Assembly: GCA_029547025.1 (NCBI GenBank)
Contig: JAKPQA010000005.1
Location: forward strand, 3,880-67,879
From: Armatimonadota bacterium
GTDB lineage: Bacteria > Armatimonadota > Zipacnadia > UBA1398 > JAKPQA01
Reading direction: 5' to 3'
Length of the DNA: 64,000 nt
Shown: positions 57,138 to 64,000 of the stretch, piece by piece
Numbering within the stretch: position 1 is the stretch's first letter
How the letters are laid out: each line of letters begins with the position of its first letter
Translations under genes and position numbers: made by a program
Notes under the pieces: model-generated
Databases searched by the model: none
The model's input: the letters and a program-made list of their open reading frames with translations, nothing else
Told to the model about the DNA's origin: nothing

Positions 57138-58148
57138 ATGAGTGTGATCATGGACGTGAGCCATCGCGTGATGGGCGTGACCGGGGTTGCTCTGGTCCTG
57201 GTCGCTATGGCACTGCTGCAGGGGTGTGGTACCGGCGAGTCGGCCGGGGGCATATTCGGTGCCGGTCTCTCGCTGAGCGCCGACGAGTTATCGGGCGTGG
57301 TGCTGTTCGCATCCACGCGGGACTTCAACTCGGAGTTGTACTACTATTCGCCGCTGGCCGAAGACCCGGTGCGTATCACGACGCTGTCATCCAACGAGTC
57401 GCAGCCGTGCTTCTCGCCGGACGGGACCCGGATCGCCTTCGTGTCGGACTACGACGGCGATGATGAGATCTACATCATGGATGCGATCGGCGGGGGGAAC
57501 GTGCTGCAGCTCACCGAGAACACGGCCCTGGATGGTCGTCCTCGGTGGTCACCCGACGGATCGACCATCGTGTACCACTCGACGGTGGATAACCAGTGGC
57601 TCGAGCTGTATACGATTCCGGCCACGGGCGGCGAGCCGACTCGCCTCACGACCAACGACTATCCGGATAGCAGCCCGGTGTTCAGCCCCGATGGTGCGTC
57701 GATTGCCTGGTCGGCCCGGCCGGTGAGCGGCCAGCCGGCCGAGATCTGGGTGATGGATCTGGCGACGCGGACGCCTCGGTCGCTCACGGCAGCGACCCAC
57801 TCGGCCAACAACGAGTCGGCCCTGTTCCCAGCCTATGCACCGGTCGACGGGAATCATCCGGAGGATCCGGTGCGGATTGCGTACTCGGTGCAGCCCCCGG
57901 ATACCAACACGGACCTGTGGGTTATGAATGCTGATGGCACGGGTGCCTACCGGGTAACGGACACCCACGGCGGGGCCACTCGGCCGGCGTGGTCGGCCGA
58001 CGGGCAGTTCATCGTGTTCGATATGTTCAGTTCGGGCATCACGACGCTGTACATCGTGAGCGCAGGCGGCGGGGCGCCGGCGGAGCTGCTCTCCAAGCGG
58101 CAGACGGAGGGGAGCGATACGAGCCCGTTCTTCTACCCGATCCCTTAG
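57138..58148 (+). CDS. TolB-like (PD40) beta-propeller lipoprotein
   Basis: Lipobox LLQGC, then repeated SPDG propeller-blade motifs. The start may be an internal Met (57150 or 57171). Confidence 0.6.
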   Translation: MSVIMDVSHRVMGVTGVALVLVAMALLQGCGTGESAGGIFGAGLSLSADELSGVVLFASTRDFNSELYYYSPLAEDPVRITTLSSNESQPCFSPDGTRIAFVSDYDGDDEIYIMDAIGGGNVLQLTENTALDGRPRWSPDGSTIVYHSTVDNQWLELYTIPATGGEPTRLTTNDYPDSSPVFSPDGASIAWSARPVSGQPAEIWVMDLATRTPRSLTAATHSANNESALFPAYAPVDGNHPEDPVRIAYSVQPPDTNTDLWVMNADGTGAYRVTDTHGGATRPAWSADGQFIVFDMFSSGITTLYIVSAGGGAPAELLSKRQTEGSDTSPFFYPIP

Positions 58149-58208
58149 CGCCGGGGCCGTTGCGCCGGCCTGGGTTCGGGCGACGCGGGCGAATCCGCCG
58201 CTCCTCGG

Positions 58209-60023
58209 GTGTTGAACAGCGTGGAGGCGGGGGCAGAGGGCCGTGCTCGTTCCGGGCGGCCGGCCCCGGGGATGACCATGGCACGAGGCAGGCGGCGCGA
58301 GTGGGGCGAGGCGGATGATGACACGCCTGAGCTCGTGATGGGCGAGGACGGGCCGGGCGATGAGTCTCTTGGCCTCGAGACCCAGGTTCAAGCCGCGGCG
58401 ATTGTCGATGAGCTGCTGAGGGCGACGGACGAGAAGGACCCGCGCTGGGGGGCATTGTTCCTCCTTCGGCACCAACTGCGTGTCGATGAGCGGCAGATGG
58501 ATGAGGCTCGGCAGGCCATTGCCGAGCTCCAACAGGCGTATGACAAGCTGACCAGTCCCGCCAATCGCCTGGGTACGTTTTTGGATGCACCCGAGGAAGG
58601 CATTGCGCGTGTGGCGGTTGGCGACACCGAGTATTACGCCAACGTGGATTCTCAGAAGGTGCCGGAGACGCCGGTTCCGGGCGCGTGTGTTCGCCTCAAC
58701 GATGCGTTTGCGGTGGTCGGCGACCTGGGTCCATGGACCAGTGGGCCGCTGACGAAGGTGGCCGAAGTCCTTGCCGACGGGCGGCTGCGGATTGGGACGG
58801 AGCCGGGCGGGCTGGGCAGCCGGATCGTGGTTCGGTCGTCGGCTCTGGACGGCATTGCTTTGCGGCAGGGCGATGAGGTTCGGCTCGACCCCAGCGGGCG
58901 GGTGGCCGTCGAGCATTTCCACCGGGCAGAGACGCGGGACTACTTTTTCGAAGAGGTGCCGGAGACGCCGTGGTCGGCCGTCGGGGGCCAGGAGGATGCC
59001 ATCCGGCTGATCCGGGACACCATCGAGCTGCCTCTCCTGCACCCGGAGCTGTATGAGCGGTTCCACAAGCGTCCGGTCAAGGGCATCCTGCTGTATGGGC
59101 CTCCCGGTTGTGGGAAGACGCTGATCGGACGGGCCACGGCGTACAACCTCACCCGGGAGTACCGGCAGCGTTTCGGGCGCGACGTCAAAGAGTGCTTCAT
59201 GTACATCAGTGGGCCCCGGATCCTCAACATGTGGCTTGGGGAGAGCGAGCGGATGGTCCGCGAGATCTTCGCTGCGGCGCGGGAGCGTGCGGCGGAGGGC
59301 CACCTGGTATTCGTCTTTGTCGACGAAGCCGAGTCGTTGCTCCGCACCCGGAGTGCGGGGCGCACTCTCAACATCGCGAACACCCTGGTGCCCCAGTTCT
59401 CAGCGGAGATGGACGGGATGGTGTCGCTGCAGAACGTTGTGGTGATCCTGACGTCCAATCGGCCCGACTACATCGATCCGGCGATTCTGAGGCCCGAGCG
59501 CATTGACCGGAAGATCAAGATCGGCCGGCCGGACCGGTCCGCGGCGCGTGAGATCTTTCGCATCTACCTCGATGATCGGGTGCCCCTGAGTGCCGAGCTC
59601 GTGGCCGAGCATGGCAGTGATCCGGCGGCGCGCGAGCATCTCCGCGACCAATGCGTGCACCGGATCTTCCGGTCGGTTCGCGAGACGGAGTTCCTCGAGG
59701 TTCACCTGCTGAACGGTCGTACGGACGTGTTGCACTGGCGCGATCTGGTGAGCGGGGCGCTCATCATGTCGGTTGTCGAGCGCGCGAAGGATCTGGCGAT
59801 TCGCCGCGCCATCGAGAAGGGCAACCCCGCCGAGGGGATGCAGTGGGCGGACCTGGAACAGGCCATCGACCTGGAGTTCCGCGAGAACGAGATCTTCCCG
59901 AAGTCTGATGTGGTGGAGGACTGGCTGAAGCTGATCGACTACGAGCCCGAGAACGTGGTCACGGTGAAGCCGATCCGGCCGGATCGGGGCCGCGGTCGGG
60001 CCGCCCGGCATACGGTGATCTAG
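58209..60023 (+). CDS. mpa: proteasome-associated AAA ATPase Mpa/ARC homologue
   Basis: Acidic coiled-coil N-region, an inter-domain OB region, and an AAA module with LLYGPPGCGKTLI Walker A and VFVDE Walker B. Long blocks align with mycobacterial Mpa (FLEV..NG, SGA.I..VVERAK). The C-terminus is ...RAARHTVI, not GQYL. The start is uncertain (GTG at 58209 or ATG at ~58272). Confidence 0.8.
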   Translation: MLNSVEAGAEGRARSGRPAPGMTMARGRRREWGEADDDTPELVMGEDGPGDESLGLETQVQAAAIVDELLRATDEKDPRWGALFLLRHQLRVDERQMDEARQAIAELQQAYDKLTSPANRLGTFLDAPEEGIARVAVGDTEYYANVDSQKVPETPVPGACVRLNDAFAVVGDLGPWTSGPLTKVAEVLADGRLRIGTEPGGLGSRIVVRSSALDGIALRQGDEVRLDPSGRVAVEHFHRAETRDYFFEEVPETPWSAVGGQEDAIRLIRDTIELPLLHPELYERFHKRPVKGILLYGPPGCGKTLIGRATAYNLTREYRQRFGRDVKECFMYISGPRILNMWLGESERMVREIFAAARERAAEGHLVFVFVDEAESLLRTRSAGRTLNIANTLVPQFSAEMDGMVSLQNVVVILTSNRPDYIDPAILRPERIDRKIKIGRPDRSAAREIFRIYLDDRVPLSAELVAEHGSDPAAREHLRDQCVHRIFRSVRETEFLEVHLLNGRTDVLHWRDLVSGALIMSVVERAKDLAIRRAIEKGNPAEGMQWADLEQAIDLEFRENEIFPKSDVVEDWLKLIDYEPENVVTVKPIRPDRGRGRAARHTVI

Positions 60024-60053
60024 CCCGGCGAGTTGGGAAGGGAGCATTCCCTG

Positions 60054-61640
60054 GTGCCTCGAGTGCATGTCAGGCCCCTGATCCCCCTGGGTCACTCACT
60101 GTCGGTGCGGCTCATGGGTACGGAGACCGAGTATGGCATCTACGTTGACGGCGTTGAGCCGGGGGGCCTCGACCAGGAGTCTGCCCGGCTGGTCGAGGCG
60201 GTTCCTCCTCCCTTCGCGGCACGGTGGGACTACTCGGCCGAGACACCCCGGCGGGATCTGCGCGGTTTCACGGTGAACGCGCTGGCGCGCGACGCTCGGG
60301 ATGCCGCCTATGATGCGGCGGTTGGGGAGGCGTCGCGTGCCGCCCCGGCCGACCGCGTTCTGGCCAACGGGTCCCGGCTCTACAACGACCACGCCCATCC
60401 CGAGTACTCGACACCGGAGTGTGCATCGCTTTGGGACCTGGTGGCGCACGAGAAGGCGGGCGAGCAGATCGTGGCCGCTTGCGCCTCCCGGCGGGCCGCG
60501 GACCTGGGCCGCAGGGTGGCGCTGTATAAGAACAATACCGACTTCCATGGCATGAGCTATGGGGCCCACGAGAACTATCTGTTGCCGCGGTCGGTGCCTG
60601 ACGAGGTGTTGCTCGGCGGGCTGTTGCCGTTCCTGGTTTCGCGGCAGGCGTTCGCGGGTGCCGGCAAGGTGGGGGTGGAACGGCACCGAGCTCCGAAGGT
60701 CCGGTATCAGCTCTCGCAGCGGGCCGACTTTTTCGACACCGATGTGGGGGTCGATACGCTGGCCCGGCGCCCCATCGTCAACACGCGCGATGAGCCACAC
60801 ACCGATGCCAGCCAGTACCGCCGGCTGCACGTGATCTGTGGCGATGCGAACTTGAGCGAGTACGCCATGGCGCTCAAGGTGGGGGTCACGGCCCTGGTTC
60901 TGGAGACGCTGGCCGCGGGGCGAGCACCGGCGATTCGGCTGGCCAAGCCGGTCGAGGCGGTGCGGCGGATCTCCTGGGACCCGGCGTTTGAGTACCGAGC
61001 CGAGACGGTTGACGGGGGCCGCCTGACGGCCCTCGAGATCCAGCGGGTCTACCTGGACGCTGCGTCGGCGCTGGAGTTGCCGAGTGGTTCGGAGGGAGAG
61101 TGGGTGCTCCGGCAGTGGGCGGCGATGCTGGACGCACTGGCGACCGATCCGTCGTCTCTGGCCGACCGGATCGACTGGGTGGCGAAGTACTCGATGTTGG
61201 AGTCCTATGCGGCTGGTGAGGCCTCGGGTTGGGAGCCTGAAGTCATGCAGAGCCTGGATCTGGCGTACCATGACCTGGACGCCGAGGCGGGCTTGTTCCG
61301 GGGCCTGGAGCAACAGGATGCCGTCCAGCGCCTGGTGACACTGGGCCAAGTGGCCCGGGCCGTGAGCGCTCCGCCCGGCGACACGAGGGCCGCACTTCGG
61401 GGCCTGTGTGTTCAGCGCTTTGCCTCGCAGATTGAGGCGATCCGTTGGGGCCGCGTGGTGCTGTCGCTGAACGGCAGCTTGTGGGCGTTCGACATGGAGG
61501 ACCTGGTGGAAGGGGTGCCACCGGGACTTCTGGAGGCGTTGTCGGGTGTTGGGACACTGGAGGAGCTTGCAGCCCTGGTGGCTCGACGGGATGGTGGACG
61601 CGATGGCGGAGATGAAGCGCTGGCCGGTGGCGGGGTGTGA
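60054..61640 (+). CDS. dop: Pup deamidase/depupylase Dop (Dop/PafA family)
   Basis: N-terminal GTETEYGI motif and DHAHPEYSTPEC motif. Its length of over 500 aa is longer than a PafA. Start options are the GTG at 60054 (GAAGGGAG Shine-Dalgarno), the TTG at 60033, or the ATG at 60114. Confidence 0.75.
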   Translation: MPRVHVRPLIPLGHSLSVRLMGTETEYGIYVDGVEPGGLDQESARLVEAVPPPFAARWDYSAETPRRDLRGFTVNALARDARDAAYDAAVGEASRAAPADRVLANGSRLYNDHAHPEYSTPECASLWDLVAHEKAGEQIVAACASRRAADLGRRVALYKNNTDFHGMSYGAHENYLLPRSVPDEVLLGGLLPFLVSRQAFAGAGKVGVERHRAPKVRYQLSQRADFFDTDVGVDTLARRPIVNTRDEPHTDASQYRRLHVICGDANLSEYAMALKVGVTALVLETLAAGRAPAIRLAKPVEAVRRISWDPAFEYRAETVDGGRLTALEIQRVYLDAASALELPSGSEGEWVLRQWAAMLDALATDPSSLADRIDWVAKYSMLESYAAGEASGWEPEVMQSLDLAYHDLDAEAGLFRGLEQQDAVQRLVTLGQVARAVSAPPGDTRAALRGLCVQRFASQIEAIRWGRVVLSLNGSLWAFDMEDLVEGVPPGLLEALSGVGTLEELAALVARRDGGRDGGDEALAGGGV

Positions 61641-61806
61641 GCGGCAGCAGAGACCGCCCGGACCGCGGGAGCCGTGGCAGCGTGGTGAGGACGACGGCCC
61701 GTCTCGGCCCGATGTTCAGCGGCCGGATACGCAGGAGTTGCTGCGGCGAATGCGCCGGGTGGACCCGCGCCAGGCGCGACGGTATCGGCAGCGGAGCGGG
61801 CAGTAG
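61591..61806 (+). CDS. candidate divergent pup (highly uncertain): basic ORF ending ...RRYRQRSGQ, overlapping the dop 3' end
   Basis: This is the only ORF in the dop-prcB gap frame that ends in Gly-Gln immediately (7 nt) before prcB. No start codon exists after the dop stop, so it would have to begin inside dop. Its composition is basic, unlike acidic canonical Pup. Confidence 0.15.
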   Translation: MVDAMAEMKRWPVAGCERQQRPPGPREPWQRGEDDGPSRPDVQRPDTQELLRRMRRVDPRQARRYRQRSGQ

Positions 61807-61810
61807 CCGC

Positions 61811-62623
61811 ATGGGGGAGGGGCGAAGGGTGGATGCGGGGATGCCGGCGGCTTCGGGTGACTTCATGCTGCTGTTGCAGCGCGGTGCTCCGCCGGGCGCG
61901 AGCATGCCGTGGTGCGGTGCCGACCCCCGTGTGGGGCGTCTCGAACCCGCGGGGGCGGCGCATGGTACCACGGTGCTGGCGCTCAAGTATCGAGATGGCG
62001 TGGTGAACGTGGGTGACCGCCGGGCGACGGCGGAGAACCTGGTGCTGTACGACCGGGCGGACAAGATCCTGCCGCTGGACGACCATACGCTGATCGCCAT
62101 CAGCGGGTCGTACGCGCGCGCCATGGATGCGGTTCGCTTCCTCCGGCACTCCTTCAACTACTACCGCCGGAGCCAGCTTCAGGAGATGAGTCTCGAGGGG
62201 AAGCTCAACGAAGTGACGCGATTCCTGGTCGGCACGGTACCCGACCTCCTCCAGGGTCAAGGTTATGTGGTGCCGCTGATCAGCGCTTTTGATGTGAGTG
62301 CGGACGCGGGACGGGTTTTCTTCTTCGATGTGGCCGGTGCGCGGTTCGAGACGGCGGAGTTTGGCGCCGCGGGGTCGGGGTCGCACCGCATTCGCGGCGC
62401 CTTCGATTACATCGTGAAGACCAAGGGCCCGTTTCACGAGATGGCGCTGCACGAGGTATTGCGTGAGGCGCTGGTGTTGTTGGACATCGCTGCCGAGCTT
62501 GATGCGGCCACCGGTGGTCTGCAGAAGGTGTTGCCGAGCGTGAAGACGGTGACCCGCGAGGGCATCCGGGAGATGGAGGAGGCCGAGCTGGCCGAGGTCG
62601 TTGGGCAGCTTGGGGCGAGCTGA
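61811..62623 (+). CDS. prcB: 20S proteasome beta subunit with propeptide
   Basis: HGTTVLALKYRDGVVNVGDRRAT places the Thr-1 active site after a ~57-aa propeptide. Start at the ATG at 61811, or possibly the upstream ATG at 61712 in the same frame. Confidence 0.8.
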   Translation: MGEGRRVDAGMPAASGDFMLLLQRGAPPGASMPWCGADPRVGRLEPAGAAHGTTVLALKYRDGVVNVGDRRATAENLVLYDRADKILPLDDHTLIAISGSYARAMDAVRFLRHSFNYYRRSQLQEMSLEGKLNEVTRFLVGTVPDLLQGQGYVVPLISAFDVSADAGRVFFFDVAGARFETAEFGAAGSGSHRIRGAFDYIVKTKGPFHEMALHEVLREALVLLDIAAELDAATGGLQKVLPSVKTVTREGIREMEEAELAEVVGQLGAS

Positions 62624-63408
62624 TGGCCTTCACACCGTATGACTGGAACCAGAGCATCCAGCACCGCGAGGACTATGTGGCCGACCGGCTGCGCGAGGGG
62701 AGCCCGGTGGTGGGTCTGCGCTACGCTGGAGGCGTGGCGCTTGTCACCCTCCGGCGAAGCCAGCGGAAGGTGTTCGAGATCTACGATCGGCTCATGTTCG
62801 CCGGCCTCGGCAGCCAGTCGGATATCGAGGCGGTGCGGGTTGCCGCCATCGATTTCGCTCACCAGGAGGGGTTTCGGCGAAGCCCCGATGACGTGACCAT
62901 CCAGCGGGTGGTTGGCTTCGCGTTGAGCCCGGCGCTCAAGCGTCAGTTTGCGGATCCCTTCCATGTTCCGGCGATCATCCGTGGCCTGTTCGCCGAGGTG
63001 GGTCAGACGCCGGAGGACGACCGTCTGTACCTGCTGGACCACGACGGCGAGTTCGAGGTCTACCGGCACTACGCGTGCGCCGCGGCCACCGTCGAGCAGC
63101 AGGAACGCATGGCGGCGTATGCTGGGCGGAGCTTCGATGCTTCGGCGGGCTGGGAGTCGGCGGTGGCGCTGGGGCTGCGGACCTGGGCGGTGGGCAGGCT
63201 TCCCGCGGTCGAGTCCGAGGACGACGGTTGCGCCGGCGGTGCCACTGGAGCGGCGGTGCCGGTGTTGCCCGACGAGGCACGGATCACTCAGGCGCTGGCC
63301 GAGGGGCTGCGGGACCTGCAGCCGGAGGTGGGCCTACTCGAGCGCGACGCGCCCCGGGAGAGCAAGTTCCGCCTGGTTCCCGCGGAGGAGATTCCACGTC
63401 CGGGATAG
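62623..63408 (+). CDS. prcA: 20S proteasome alpha subunit
   Basis: Proteasome alpha-type fold pattern. Its ATG overlaps the prcB stop by 1 nt. Confidence 0.75.
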   Translation: MAFTPYDWNQSIQHREDYVADRLREGSPVVGLRYAGGVALVTLRRSQRKVFEIYDRLMFAGLGSQSDIEAVRVAAIDFAHQEGFRRSPDDVTIQRVVGFALSPALKRQFADPFHVPAIIRGLFAEVGQTPEDDRLYLLDHDGEFEVYRHYACAAATVEQQERMAAYAGRSFDASAGWESAVALGLRTWAVGRLPAVESEDDGCAGGATGAAVPVLPDEARITQALAEGLRDLQPEVGLLERDAPRESKFRLVPAEEIPRPG

Positions 63409-63417
63409 GGGTGGGCC

Positions 63418-64000
63418 ATGCGCGAGCGGCTGATGGGGCTCGAGGTCGAGTATGGGTGCTTGGTCCGGGATGCGTCGCTCGGTCGTCCGGAGCAGGTCGT
63501 GGAGCTACTGAAGGACTACGCGTTCAACGATCTGCAGATCGGCCTGGTCGACCGGCACGCGCGGGACTTCGCCTTCGAGCCCGCCCAGGCCGGGGGGTTC
63601 CTCACCAATGGAGGCCGTCTCTACATCGACGCCGTGGGCGACCATCTGGAGTACGCCACACCCGAGGTCACACGGCTCGATGACCTGGTGGCGCACGACC
63701 GGGCGGGTCAGCGGACCCTGCTCCGCCTGGTTGACGGCGCGCTCTCGCGGGACGCGGTGAGCTTTCACAACAACAGCATTGACCATTTTGGTGGTCACAC
63801 CTTCGGGTGCCATGAGAACTACGCGGTGAGCATCCCGTCGGACAGCTTGCGCGTGGCGCTCACCAGCGTGGTCTCATTCCTGGTCAGCCGCCTGATCTAC
63901 GCCGGAGCCGGGCGGGTGGGAGGTCATCGTTTGACCCGCGGCTCGCCGCGCGATCTCGCTCGCCAGGGCCACAGGGTCCTGGACACCCTCTGGGTGGGAG
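63418..64000 (+). CDS. pafA: Pup--protein ligase PafA, N-terminal part; 3' end lies outside the window
   Basis: An MGLEVEYG start motif and NGGRLYIDAVGDHLEYATPE, paralogous to dop. The frame is open to the window end. Confidence 0.7.
   Translation, partial: MRERLMGLEVEYGCLVRDASLGRPEQVVELLKDYAFNDLQIGLVDRHARDFAFEPAQAGGFLTNGGRLYIDAVGDHLEYATPEVTRLDDLVAHDRAGQRTLLRLVDGALSRDAVSFHNNSIDHFGGHTFGCHENYAVSIPSDSLRVALTSVVSFLVSRLIYAGAGRVGGHRLTRGSPRDLARQGHRVLDTLWVG

Noticed and set aside
61641-61810. Canonical acidic Pup ending GGQ/GGE in the dop-prcB spacer
   Set aside because: No frame yields an acidic peptide with a start codon after the dop stop. Only the basic -SGQ ORF exists, and it is reported as a low-confidence candidate.
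1-64000. tRNA, rRNA, tmRNA or CRISPR arrays
   Set aside because: No cloverleaf-like T-arm/acceptor patterns were found by eye, and no regularly spaced direct repeats.

Overview
GC-rich bacterial chromosomal segment (about two-thirds or more G+C by eye), densely coded on both strands, with many translationally coupled gene pairs. Stop codons are rare in off-frames of such GC-rich DNA, so the ORF track holds many long spurious Arg/Gly/Pro-rich ORFs that I discounted. No tRNA, rRNA, CRISPR array or transposase was recognised. All family assignments rest on motifs read by eye; no database search was run. Content by region: (1) A carbohydrate-utilisation block. It holds a sugar ABC substrate-binding lipoprotein and a GH10 xylanase followed on the same strand by a radical-SAM protein and a rubrerythrin-like diiron protein. 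It also holds an EPS-priming glycosylphosphotransferase and the rhamnose symporter RhaT overlapping a ~1110-aa secreted glycoside hydrolase. (2) A plus-strand run, partly translationally coupled: DUF4129-like membrane protein, aconitase-family enzyme, phosphodiester glycosidase, NUDIX ADP-ribose pyrophosphatase, LarB. (3) The oxidative pentose-phosphate operon zwf-pgl-gnd. (4) A ~230-bp element present twice, at ~23.3 kb and ~34.9 kb. The second copy abuts a low-GC3 small secreted-protein gene. (5) Envelope and housekeeping genes: a TolB-like beta-propeller, a POTRA+TPR protein, a glycogen-debranching enzyme, lysS and greA. (6) A second CAZyme island of GH5-like, FG-GAP propeller, GH42-like and CBM9-like secreted proteins. 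Inside it sits a two-gene module: a ~233-aa helical protein translationally coupled to a ~455-aa QueC-like PP-loop/zinc-motif enzyme. No queuosine genes are nearby, and the module lies behind an AT-rich repeat-bearing leader. This is the best candidate for an undescribed system, resembling a QatC/Cap9-type deazaguanine conjugation module. (7) A tightly coupled methylthioadenosine/purine salvage operon (HAD, ThiL/PurM-like, mtnP, mtnA, PNP paralogue, apt), a PAS-GGDEF cyclase, and two URO-D-family paralogues flanking an SDR epimerase and a NUDIX hydrolase. (8) An almost complete Pup-proteasome locus (mpa/arc, dop, prcB, prcA, start of pafA). Its pup gene is not recognisable, and only a basic overlapping ORF ending in -SGQ sits in the expected slot. 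The Mpa homologue also lacks the usual C-terminal GQYL tail.
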